IMG/VR virus record: IMGVR_UViG_3300025141_008848
Span: 32,001-96,000 of that record
DNA: 64,000 bases
Direction: 5' to 3' (one strand)
Source of the DNA: a virus
The notes below the pieces were generated by a model, which saw only the letters and a list, made by a program, of their open reading frames with translations, was not told where the DNA came from and did not search any database. Positions within the stretch are counted from its first letter, which is position 1. Each line of letters starts with the position of its first letter. A program made the translations under genes and the position numbers. Positions 53,901-61,900 of this stretch are shown in pieces.

Positions 53901-53922
53901 ACCACATAAAAAAATACCCTAA
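44947..53922 (+). CDS. Giant (2991 aa) cysteine-rich multi-repeat protein, putative fibre/adhesin
   Basis: PKD-like N-domain ('YTINWGD..HTY'), then about 2500 aa with roughly 10% Cys by eye, CBM5/12-like W-x-Y-xx-GD-x-V modules, 6-Cys tandem repeats and C-terminal C-x(4-6)-W-x(4-5)-C-x-C repeats. Confidence 0.7.
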   Translation: MEVYKYRIKRTNPSIYWTVPCTGGTDFWPINLSTNCSGITMFNSTFSQVRDALEGDMNNFPQELTGCSIANPCVILNDTVVLPMFPSPDPFCIDSSSHPYILFTGLNLIQMGVQTFTGESYNDMISVFDLTNSTLSQPLNTQTSANLMPNSNSCFCQNPLGTNLNQIPILLDQDFNDIGHYDIWDGNIGQKDIFSNFVVTATTTAGNKIKIFNSTDFGYYKTFQDSPYTINWGDCNCNCPVPPCVNSFGDPCCETLQFPNLTNPVDHTYGGVGSRKITITHESPWGPTSVSQMITVPFMNYNALLATGNIPSFVSPVIGPNGPVGTNSYFGAYPSTPLDSGTDIMQYSGMSPIFAGGNNNDCFDVTGNTESLLGAFQNYTTSSTAGLPPGYQQGITVPLMGQVLNPITNTLVQGVSGKITQVNAQYTAYTISIGTNTPITFYDFSNGVTLYEAVSCGLDAFAFAAFDCVKCELGDCTYCETKDEYIDRITFLPESITFNAQHGEWLPTTNYVVGDIVFDSTWGECCCYMAVKDITQSATTLSPWAGVKPTDTFQGVWWYNGQPTEHIWEACTPECESCPDYTAIPCYDPTNWLNAYPTFGPPGPAGVYSNGNNYTAGTFTVSQFGNCYRALQTGTLPPPTGLTNNAYWDYIGCSSWICPPVSALTAGTVACELVPGTGSTSTGPCTTIGYTSYNDCFDDFLNGECCEDRYICTDQYSCQGCTGITSAHPLYNDPSGLDPLQGPVFDSELDCNAWCNPPAFSCTTQIASSNNCCVSLSCAEDNLNGTPGYYSSVVLPVIAAAGTNPAPFSNMIDYIASNYALWFVSPLTTPNPYDINDCNLGVVGIATACCDYTIWVYNCEDGCIPAFAGAGWPTPGDCWAANPQWAGYGTTPCGWICDPVCEPCVEVYQLGVGYPYTPQGLLDCEMNCSCVTDCYICDCTATTTGVNINCDLYHDPITGLAGCPHWPPNEGIPVNPGDPLTYLYQTNCLSACTCEGGIDCFISSIDGTQMGGCSSYPSLWHMAQQNATWSLGSPTDAAGNPTGYTTVEECCLATECCWAVCEEDPAVYDPGYFGITPSVNPALQGGGGGTYPCWWYSQSVPDVYSDFGGGQPSNCCSPLYINNAGANTGLAGCIQDHPNHPYCDMIDCINSLCPQPAPSNEMMCCVPPENSCICACDTWIAQNGSILVPSWEGPWNVGIYLEGDTVSYGDGNTPDCCWICTCPYDPLSQVFGSGVFDCSSSPPDDGPYSNGQPNCWQTCERLPATFPSPPSNIVGDPCGPCSGHVPPVTYSCSTAGCLASTCVFNPGGMNPSIWATQMNCYDNPMCDTPAYPGYDQCRADCYCADPNPLAEVTSCTVLQDYLNDIYSPGALGGVNGWIAGTGWYSTWPMTYPPVQPGLIFNTSGSFWWQYSSFDDCVLGVNAGVDCCDTSGFTYACDDTCNCPTVNGNPCVGGTGCYVVTSGPPGPFTSMGQCQAWCTWECDPTGPQICIFNALSIAATTYPSALACSVANTNCECVNGTVEYWCDWAGADAGYYNTLGAVPCVDSVYMSSQVPAYQAMAIGQGATGPADPANNYHDAVVLGNNPTGQGFPTIQQCQEKCRFCCDCAPPGSGICDLCGDPAVTICSWGDQFCSAGTACQYGSSYLSPYDCQQNTTPYPCAAPITEYCCHAVDGCLSYMGAYVAGTNPVTSDGVGCVSFHTIAGCDGECNFVCGDCTPTGGQCDCTFVNTLTPNCLAPYPFTTMADCQFYLSTAVNLLYDAGSCCRCYDCFLNSPITYSAYDVGSSTWITMSTPIPTFTTSALAWVAGTQYNTGDVVSELFDGDDCCYVCVWGANETGGITTNWTWNPSFYYTAYVNDVGLGNPVWPGGGTGSLAWIPCDAGCVNVQIITYNCIPGAIFDSCEYDTNGNLMNLIVPTTVFLSQNDVVRRLADPLGTPNLQSTNIFTIKFPYGGWPVGYPANPCLYNGFPLAIAGGFLSIDSDMAMQYGIPQDYVSWSQLIAALVSVGVVDYSGTLVSLTSTFDEVCEAIWLAIGSMPGSLPKCITITIDPCECTQSTCDCVAVNGPGGQFTNLGDCQSLLNNVPCCGTWYCPGQTNCTCVFQPNILTGFATQIDCYNAVNCCEIQEPEYACIVTAPSPSFGIPDVCDCIQTPGGPYTGPNALLDCQTDPNTCCSGTTMPDYWKCELQPGGNCLCVLDPSPTINSFTSLFDCQSTPVSNCCWTGVSYTHYWECIDFGGTIGCECVQTSTGAWPTSGDCEAQQSLCCYSGVTKWDCKDPGNGNCTCVQSIFGFYTSLYNCEHSIPAVVPHPNCCEKIYGNCKTCDGAQLIHTTGKHYGPLGGLGIASTNGVTLAPIVDRGLWVTGTNNYVYLDVVEDPLDGCCYALIQTTNHSGVNMLGPGSPLLTYSPSIVYNNHINGYFADGSYNSAPGPCATIQQVFCPWWPCDPSCVGTVKGYDCDNCPGTCVCNPNNTAGATFQGPGALAACQAVCIQGCDDCAVSLAGYLTGPVQYEGVWSATFNPPWHVYDINDCVVDPADNCCYCCVEDPTVLNPCTPNTPPQLCKVAGEVWHPFPICKCMKPNIQQSKSKANPCIPQPCAPNETWFGNPICDCVPNGPGGSGPGGSGNINGCAAKHQPSLNLGVSVGGVGSIPVTWADCKQDINGDPCGPGGSNPICKDCGPGAITFDYYDHNTSTWQTANITATPTLPIPVWTPGTYTPTGQQGNVVMHNGCCFVVCNTHSTPTTYLNLSPTDDYMEYLWCMSQHPGGNPLDWPTLMSAFGQNPMAQVVYFPCDKDCVPSVPIRNKRYDCKRQATLGNPNNMGCVPNPNGVYVDLPTCQINCNQQEECKQCCQNTNWEPGLSDAMSMTSSYTLLQSNANPCDCEFWLGVGWVPVPLSKCKVRDGCVQVKVCDSPYVWAGQPICDCVLPNDIPHEDWAHDDGCVQDKECENGWTWSWKLCDCVIETRERCMERECAAGKFWDKEVCNCVPHKKIP
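51094..51879 (+). repeat. Six tandem Cys-rich protein repeats (6-Cys pattern)
   Basis: Consensus [W/Y]xC-x(5-14)-CxC[V/I]-x(~8)-[F/Y/W]-x(5-8)-C-x(5-12)-CC, e.g. WKCELQPGGNCLCVLDPSPTINSFTSLFDCQSTPVSNCC. Confidence 0.8.
52783..52814 (+). repeat. 15-bp tandem duplication (GPGGS x2 linker)
   Basis: GGTCCTGGTGGTTCA repeated twice. Confidence 0.85.
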
Positions 53923-53930
53923 AAAAGATA

Positions 53931-54572
53931 ATGGAAAAAATAAGTACACCACTAGAAAAAGAATGGGGTAAGGTTTTTAAATTTGAAGTAGGCCCCATTA
54001 AAGTAACTAAAAAACTTTATAGGCCTACCATTAAAAGATTTGAAAAGTGGTTAAATATAATAGAAAAAGAAGAGTATTTTAATAAATTTGATTTCCTACT
54101 AACAGGTTCTTTCCCTAACTATATTAATAATAATCTACCTTGGCAAACTTGGGATATAGATATTATTTTAATTGATAACGGAAATAATAGTTTAGAATTA
54201 ATTAGAGATACACTGGTACATCTATCTACAATAGCATTAGAACAATGTGATTTTTATATAGATGTTTATTACCAGAATAAAAAAAATGTGGAATTAAACA
54301 AAGTTTGTTATAGAGGAGGTATAAAAAATTGTAAACCTTACAGTTTTGAAAAAGTAGGATTATCTTACGCACCTCATGTTAAAAGAGACGGTGTTATAGT
54401 ATCTAATTGGAATATTGATGAAGAGGTTATAAATGGATTATGGGTTACCAGACTACAATTTCCTTCCGCAAAACAAATCCAAAGAATCAATACTGGATTT
54501 AAATATGATGACGAGATTTACTTAAGTGAGTACAAAAAACATTTTCCACTAATAGAAACAGTAGATAAATAA
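53931..54572 (+). CDS. Pol-beta-superfamily nucleotidyltransferase
   Basis: 'FLLTGSF' + 'WDIDIIL' + 'YIDVY' give the hG[GS]-DhD-D catalytic pattern. Confidence 0.7.
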   Translation: MEKISTPLEKEWGKVFKFEVGPIKVTKKLYRPTIKRFEKWLNIIEKEEYFNKFDFLLTGSFPNYINNNLPWQTWDIDIILIDNGNNSLELIRDTLVHLSTIALEQCDFYIDVYYQNKKNVELNKVCYRGGIKNCKPYSFEKVGLSYAPHVKRDGVIVSNWNIDEEVINGLWVTRLQFPSAKQIQRINTGFKYDDEIYLSEYKKHFPLIETVDK

Positions 54573-54601
54573 GTGTTATGATATTTATTATAAAATAAGT
54601 A

Positions 54602-54823
54602 ATGGGACTGAGTGAAGTAAAAGTAACGGGATGTATATTACCTTTAACTAAATTAGAGGTTTTAATGAATATGGTACAAAGACCAGAAGTAAGGTCAAAT
54701 ATATTTATTGAAAGAGGTAAAGTGACAGTTTTTGAGAAAGCACAAAGGTTAGGACAAATAAACAGTATAGGTGAATTAGAATTACACGGATACGGATACT
54801 ATAAAGTAGAAAAACAACCATAA
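54602..54823 (+). CDS. Small structural-type protein, possibly the detached C-terminal domain of the 44947 protein
   Basis: Has its own TATTTATT motif (54582-54589). Contains 'PEVRSNIFIERGK..FEKAQRLGQINSIGEL..GYGYY'. Confidence 0.55.
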   Translation: MGLSEVKVTGCILPLTKLEVLMNMVQRPEVRSNIFIERGKVTVFEKAQRLGQINSIGELELHGYGYYKVEKQP

Positions 54824-54826
54824 ATT

Positions 54827-55750
54827 ATGGCATTAGGAGCATACGGAATTAAGAGACCAGCAGATGTAAAAGTAGAAGACGTACAAATACTTGTTCATCA
54901 ACAAGCTAGTAGAGACTCATCAGCAGCACCTTCAGTCTATGAGGTACCAGCAACCACAGTATTAACCCCAATACTCCACGCTTCACCTACTCAAACTGGA
55001 GGACCCGCAGGTGAAATTTTGGGGGGACTTTACGATTTACAATTACCCTCAGCAGTATTCGCTAGTAGAGGGATTTATACGGTATATATTAGACCAGTAG
55101 AAATCAGAACAACAATATTGGATTGTGGGATTTTATCGTCACTACCAAATGTAAAAGGACTTGTATTTGACCTTAACTCGATACCACTACAGTATAGAAA
55201 TAGGTTTTCCCCTATGGATTTAGTGGGGTATAGAATAGAATATCTAGATTCAGACAGTGGTGCAAAAATTAATAACTTTTTTAGGATAGTTACCTCTAAT
55301 TTTTATTGTGCGACAGTAGAACAAAATAACACCAACCCAAATCAAACATCACCTAGATATGTTTATACAAACGCAAAAACTAATTTAGTATATTGTACAC
55401 TAACACCAACCAGTGCACCATCTAATAACCCTAACGCAATACCATTTATAGGACAACCAGGACAATCTGTAATAATCACAAACACTTATTTTAACCCTAT
55501 AGTACTTGATATAGAAATGGTAGACCATGATTTCGACACTCTAGCTATTGCACTTTATGGTAATCAAGCAAAATCTATAGATAGTGGAATTTACACCCTT
55601 TATGATTTAAGTGGTGCGGATAACATATACATGCAATATGATTTATATGAGGTTAGAGACCAATTTAACGGACAATTATTCGAAATTAAACAAAATAGAG
55701 GAAACAATATTGATTTTAGTCAAATGTTTGGTACAATAACTAACTTTTAA
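54827..55750 (+). CDS. Hypothetical structural protein
   Basis: Operon position. Contains 'EILGGLYDLQLP', 'GIYTVYIRP' and 'LVGYRIEYL'. Confidence 0.55.
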   Translation: MALGAYGIKRPADVKVEDVQILVHQQASRDSSAAPSVYEVPATTVLTPILHASPTQTGGPAGEILGGLYDLQLPSAVFASRGIYTVYIRPVEIRTTILDCGILSSLPNVKGLVFDLNSIPLQYRNRFSPMDLVGYRIEYLDSDSGAKINNFFRIVTSNFYCATVEQNNTNPNQTSPRYVYTNAKTNLVYCTLTPTSAPSNNPNAIPFIGQPGQSVIITNTYFNPIVLDIEMVDHDFDTLAIALYGNQAKSIDSGIYTLYDLSGADNIYMQYDLYEVRDQFNGQLFEIKQNRGNNIDFSQMFGTITNF

Positions 55751-55755
55751 AAATT

Positions 55756-58700
55756 ATGGCTAGTAATAGATTTAGATACCCACCGGCCCCTAATCACGGA
55801 GGGGATACATTTAGTGACTATCTTGTAGGTAACCAATTTATGGGTAGCCAACAAATGACACTGGGTAATTTCTATAGTATGCCACCCTACGGTAAACCAA
55901 ACTCACCAGAATATAATGTAGGTACATTCTCCACCCCAATAACCCTAGAATCACTAAATATAGAAAATTTAGCTCTAGCACAACAATTATCTAGTAATAA
56001 TCTTGAGGTGTTTGTCAATAACAATATAAGTGATATTTCTAGTTTTGTTTTATATGGGTCATTAAAGAAAAGATTATCTATTGCGGTCCAAAATATAGTT
56101 AATTTTTTTCCAGGAGCTTTATTTGTTGATGGGATAGATACTAATTACTTACCAGGTAATACTACAGCATATGATATATTATATAACTTAGCGACAGAAG
56201 AAACGACATTTAAAACTAATGTTAATATCTTATCTAACCCATTTAGTATAGAATTTACTACCAACGGAAATCAGATGAATGAAAATATTAGTCCAGAACA
56301 AATATTGAATAATTTTGAAATGTTTGGGATTTCTGCAAATACTTTGATAAATATAGCAGATGGAACCACGTCCTCATTAAGAAACCTAACTAAAGAATTT
56401 AAAAAATACTCATTAAGTTTTAGTGGGAAAGTGGGTGAAAAAGAATATAGGATAACCAACCTAGAACCACAAAACACAAATAATAATTATCTAGTTTTTA
56501 CTGTTAAAGGGAACCCGTTTAATGTATCAACACTAGCTGGTGCATCCCCAACACTAACAACCAATACATTTTATATTAAACCCACCCAACAACAAACAGA
56601 AGAAGAATTTAAAAAATTCCAGAGTATAGAAGCATTTTTGGTTAATAGAGGAGTTTCACCCATATACACGGCTACATTTAATACCATTAAAGAAACCACT
56701 GAAGGTGTTAAATATTATGATAAAATAAAAAAGACATGGCCACTAGAGGATAATGTCAATATAGATACCACAACTGAAAATTATACTAACTACCTAATAT
56801 CATTATCTGAGTTAGGTGAAGAGTTAGACCAAGAAAAAACAAATTTAATTTCTAGATTTTTAACTTCACCTATATTAAAAGAATTTGATGGTACTAACCA
56901 AAAAATAGAAAAAACATTACAGATATATGGGAGAAGTTTTGATGACATCAAAACTTTTGTAGATGGAATATCTTATATGACTAATGTGAGTTATGATGGT
57001 GAAAATAATATACCTAATGAACTCATCAAGAATTTTGCACAAACTTTAGGATGGTCTACACCAAGTACACTAAACAACACTACCTTCTTAGACAGTGTCT
57101 TAGGTGTAAACACACCACAGTATTCCGGAACAAGTGTATCCAAAACACCTGCAGAACTGGACATAGAATTATATAGAAGAATATTACTCAATACAGGATA
57201 CCTATTTAAATCTAAAGGAACAAGAAAATCTATAGAATTTTTATTAGGACTTTTAGGTGCACCTGAAGCACTAGTTGAGTTTAATGAGTATGTTGTATTA
57301 GCAGATGCACCAATTAAATTAGACTCAGGGGTTAAATTTGTTTGGGCCTCTCAACCAAACGCAGTTACAGAACCTTCCTACGAAAAGGTAGAAAGTAAAT
57401 TTACAAACCAATGGCAAAAAATATCCGGAGGGTCATATACCACTACTACTATAAATTATAGCATACCATTTGGGCAATACTACTATTCTACCGGAACAAC
57501 ACAAAACCCATTTACACTCGTAGATTATCCTATTGATAGTCAGGGATATCCAACAACTCCTCGAATCACTAATAACTATTTTTTCCAGAGAGGAGCAGGA
57601 TGGTTTGAAATGACGGATAAACATAAGTCGGAATTAGTAATTAACATTAGTGCATCCACCCTTACAGGATGTACCCCAAACATAGTAAATAAATTTAGTG
57701 AATTTACATGGGGTGGTTTTTGGACACTCGGACAGTATTCTAATTCAGTAAAATGTCCTTATTTAGATAGGTTTAGAAGGTTTCCACATATGTCATTTGG
57801 TTTTGGATTAACCAGAATGATAGACGATAAAAAATCTTGGGTTCTAAAGGAAGGTACCCAGTATAGGGATTACTCCTTTAATAATAGAGACGCGTACTAC
57901 CAAACACAAAATGAAAAGTTAGTTCTAAATGTTAAAAATGTTGAATTAGGATTAAATATTGGGCAAGGACTAACATATGATGTGTGGAAACAATCAGCCC
58001 AATCAGACTGTTTTTTTAGTGGGGGAACATTACCTTATCCATATCCTACCACAGGAGGAAGGTGGGACTCCACAAACCCAAAAATTAACGCAAAAACTAC
58101 CGACTTTAAAACGTTTAAAGACCATTTTTGGAAAGTGTTTATTGATGCCAAAAATCGAATGACCATAAATGATGGTAAAACAGGGGGATATCCTACCTTA
58201 CAAAAAATATATCTAGACTATCTCTATAAAAGTTGTGGGGAAAATAATAAGTACACATATAATAAAATGATTGAGTATGCACAATCGATGGGAGACTATT
58301 GGATAAAGATTATCGAACAAATGGTTCCAGCCACTACATTATGGACAAGTGGAGTTAAAATACAAAACTCTGCTTTTCATAGAGATAAGTTTGTATACCA
58401 ATGTTTTAATGTTACAGGGACAAGTCTATCTACAGTATTAAGTTCTACACTTTTAGTATCCAGTACAGGATTTACTGGGTTTCCCGCACCACAATTTATG
58501 AGTGCCCCACCATCATTAAGAATAGCAGCACCCCCACAGTCAGGTACAACGTTCTATAATAATTTATTAAGTGGGGCTCTTGTAATTCCACGTTCCACTT
58601 ACGCAAATTCTTATAATATAGATAACCAAGGAAAGACATTTGGTGGTGCCTTAACGAGTAAAGAAACCAATAAACTCGCTAATAAGTTTCATAGTAATAA

Positions 58701-58923
58701 AAAAGAATATATAGATAAATCCGTATTTACAAAAAAAGGTAGTACTAGTAATTTATTATGTATACATGGTATGAAGGAGCTACGTGGTGGAGATACAACA
58801 TGGTTAGAAAGTTATCGATTAACCCCTAGACCAAGTACACAAAGAGGCGGAATTGAGGGTGGTACCACTATAAATACTAGTAGTCAAGTGAACCACTCTG
58901 GGAGAATGGGTGGTAGTTATTAA
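55756..58923 (+). CDS. Baseplate wedge protein (gp7/P2 gpI-like domain)
   Basis: 'NIPNELIKNFAQTLGW' and 'LYRRILLNTGYLFKSKGTRKSIEFLLGLLG' resemble the gp7/tail-I 'KGT' motif. Confidence 0.6.
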   Translation: MASNRFRYPPAPNHGGDTFSDYLVGNQFMGSQQMTLGNFYSMPPYGKPNSPEYNVGTFSTPITLESLNIENLALAQQLSSNNLEVFVNNNISDISSFVLYGSLKKRLSIAVQNIVNFFPGALFVDGIDTNYLPGNTTAYDILYNLATEETTFKTNVNILSNPFSIEFTTNGNQMNENISPEQILNNFEMFGISANTLINIADGTTSSLRNLTKEFKKYSLSFSGKVGEKEYRITNLEPQNTNNNYLVFTVKGNPFNVSTLAGASPTLTTNTFYIKPTQQQTEEEFKKFQSIEAFLVNRGVSPIYTATFNTIKETTEGVKYYDKIKKTWPLEDNVNIDTTTENYTNYLISLSELGEELDQEKTNLISRFLTSPILKEFDGTNQKIEKTLQIYGRSFDDIKTFVDGISYMTNVSYDGENNIPNELIKNFAQTLGWSTPSTLNNTTFLDSVLGVNTPQYSGTSVSKTPAELDIELYRRILLNTGYLFKSKGTRKSIEFLLGLLGAPEALVEFNEYVVLADAPIKLDSGVKFVWASQPNAVTEPSYEKVESKFTNQWQKISGGSYTTTTINYSIPFGQYYYSTGTTQNPFTLVDYPIDSQGYPTTPRITNNYFFQRGAGWFEMTDKHKSELVINISASTLTGCTPNIVNKFSEFTWGGFWTLGQYSNSVKCPYLDRFRRFPHMSFGFGLTRMIDDKKSWVLKEGTQYRDYSFNNRDAYYQTQNEKLVLNVKNVELGLNIGQGLTYDVWKQSAQSDCFFSGGTLPYPYPTTGGRWDSTNPKINAKTTDFKTFKDHFWKVFIDAKNRMTINDGKTGGYPTLQKIYLDYLYKSCGENNKYTYNKMIEYAQSMGDYWIKIIEQMVPATTLWTSGVKIQNSAFHRDKFVYQCFNVTGTSLSTVLSSTLLVSSTGFTGFPAPQFMSAPPSLRIAAPPQSGTTFYNNLLSGALVIPRSTYANSYNIDNQGKTFGGALTSKETNKLANKFHSNKKEYIDKSVFTKKGSTSNLLCIHGMKELRGGDTTWLESYRLTPRPSTQRGGIEGGTTINTSSQVNHSGRMGGSY

Positions 58924-58928
58924 AAGTT

Positions 58929-61900
58929 ATGGCAAATAAATCATATAAAACAAATATAGACTTAAGAATATTAGGGGAAAGAATAAAATTTTTATTTTTT
59001 GTTTCTAATACAGTGGGTAATACCACAAGTCACTCATACAATAAGAAAAAATGTATGGTTATAGAGTATGATACTCAGATTATGGTAGAAGCTATTTGTT
59101 TGGTTACCGAGATTGGTGAAAGAATGTTTTTAAGATTTAGGGGTGATAATTTAAAAATAGAAAATACTTTAAATCTATTTGGGTTAAGAAAGTCGGATAT
59201 GTTTTTAGAAGTTTTTAAAAATAGTAAAGGTGTGTATGGGTTTGAAAGTATTAGAGGTAATGGTGTAGGAGCATTTTTATCACACCCTAATTATTTTTCT
59301 ACTACTATACCTAAAAATAATTCTAGAGGGGTCGGTGCTTTATTACCATTTGAAAATGGGGTAATGGGAAAAAATCACTCATTACAAATGGTATTACCCG
59401 GTGCAAATATAACTAAAAATATATCAGCTGGTATTTCTTTTGATATGGATATACATATAGAATCAGGGGGTCAATACATACAGTCATTAGGGTTTAAATT
59501 ATATAAGGAAAACATAATAATAATAGAGGGAGAAACACTAGACGTAAAAAATACAAAACAAATTATCAATACAACCCCTAATATTTCCTTAGAGACTACC
59601 TATATACCCTTAACTAGTAATGATTTAGCGTCTCGTAAAGTGATGTATGATTATAAAAAAGTACTTACACCACAAAATGTAGACGCCGACTCAATCACTT
59701 TAATAGAAAGTAATGTCTATACCATCCAAAACCCAAAGAACCTTAATACTAATTTAGATAAGTTAAAGTTAACAAAAAATAATATAATAGAAATTCCTTA
59801 TAATATTTCACGTGTTGTTGAAGATGGTAAGATAAAAACAACTAAAAAAGTTATAAAAAATGGTAAAGAAATTTATCCTTTAGGGTGGATAAATGAATTA
59901 AGAGATAATGAGATAGTGTCGAGTGCTAATAAATGTATTTCTCTTAAATTTAATAATAGAGAACAATTAATTGCTTTTAGTGAAAAACTAAAACAACAAC
60001 AAATAGGTAATATAGAAACTTACCCACTAATGAATACTAGTGCAGAGGGAACCAACACAGTTAGAGGCATGAAAAAAACCTACAGTAAGATATCTCAATG
60101 GATAGAAAGAAGTACCCTAGATGAATATAATGATGTTAAATTTAGTTATGACTCCGATAATTATATTAAAAGTATTTTAATCTGCCCCAGAAAGAAAACT
60201 AAAGTAGATAATACAAATAAAGGAAAACAGAATGGTCTATACAGTGATGGAACCCAATACACCAGATTAAATGGTGAAGCATATAAAGGGTATTTCCACA
60301 TAGACTCTAACCTAGGACCAGTTACCGGAAAAGATAGTGGTGAACCTAGAAGACAAGTACTAATTGGGTTATATAATTATGCACCCATTAGTGCAAATAC
60401 ATCTACAGATTTTTATTTAAGTACTGTAGGTAAGAAAAATAGTGGTTTATATTCAGCATTTACAGCAACGACTACCGATATATATGAAGCTGATAATACT
60501 TATGATTTACATATAAGTGCTTCTTCTTTTTCTGCACATTCCGCAAGTACCGGAACCACAACAATACCAATAAGTAATATAGATAGAGAAGTTGTATTAC
60601 CTATGATTGGTGATATAAATAAACAATACAAACCATATGCCTTTGGTGAAGTTTACGCTAGTAACCCTAATGGGTCACTAGGGTTAAATAACGATAACCC
60701 ACAACACTATATGACTTATAGGGTTAAAAGTAACGGTATATATAGATTCACATACAAAGCCTTTTTAAATGTTACATATACGGATACAAAATGGTGTGAT
60801 TATGTAAGTAGATTAGCACCTAGTGGTGTTACCGCCACAACTGGAATTTACCCCCAAAATGACTATGAGATAAAAAGATTAATAAATACTTCTATTATAC
60901 AAGGAGGTGTGGAAGAAACTGCTACTACTTTACAAGATACTAAGTTTAAATTAAATACGGGTCCTAGATATATAAAATTAGCGGACAGGAAAGAAACCGA
61001 CCCACCTGAGAGTGGTTTATTAACATTTAATTTTACCACCTCATTGTTGAAATATAGGGTAGGTACTGGTACAACTGATAGTATTATATCCGGTACACCA
61101 ACCACATTACAAACAGTTAAAGTATTAAGGTCAACAGAGGATGGTGATGCCAACCACTATTTAACTTTGGACGTGAATGAAAATGATAAATTTTCTAACA
61201 CGTACAATACATGTATTACTGATGGTGTCTCGGCGACCACTATTTTTAAAAGACAAATTCCTATTGTAATTGATACTGGACTTATTAGTTTATTGGAAGG
61301 TGAGGTCATAGAATTAGCTTATGATACAAATTGGGTATCCACATCCAAAGGAAATTATTTTGGTGGAGGAGGAACTACAAATGTGGATATTAATCTCGGA
61401 CATAAACTAGATAAACATGGTAATACTATAGAATCCCCATGGTATAGAGGGATAAAATTATCTAGTGCCGTAGTTAATAAAAATTTATTCTTCGACCAAA
61501 GTAAAAAGTCCAAAGAATTCCAAATGAATACTTCTGGTAATAAACAAAAAATAAGGTTAGATGGTACATTATACTTATCAGACCAGAAATGTGGAAATAT
61601 CCTAAGACCACATATAAACGAAGAATGTTTTGGACAACAGATTTTCTGGGATAGTACAGGAGTGGACGGTAAATTAGTTTGGAATGAAACATCCACCAAA
61701 CCAACTAATAAGTGGCAAAAGCTAATAGAAAGTAATATAATAAAAGATTATCAGATAACTACTAGTCCACATAATAAATTAACGGAGATGGAGAAAGACG
61801 GCGTATTCTCCTTTCACATACCAACTTACGATAGTGATTATGGGGTAAAATGTAATTTTAATTTCCCACAAACAACCCAATCCTATATAATAGTTAATAA

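Noticed and set aside
44947-53922. Eukaryotic contamination or a chimeric contig
   Set aside because: The ORF is intron-free, tightly spaced with phage genes, has a phage-like N-terminus, and shows the same GAC-before-C codon habit as the rest of the window.
44947-54823. Diversity-generating retroelement or invertible fibre cassette
   Set aside because: No reverse transcriptase, recombinase or near-identical template/variable repeat pair was seen.
14950-61704. Many antisense or alternate-frame ORFs in the track (e.g. 14950-15495, 27836-28375, 37054-37605, and short ORFs within 44947-53922)
   Set aside because: They are shadows of long sense genes, with no motifs or promoters and composition explained by the sense-strand codon bias.
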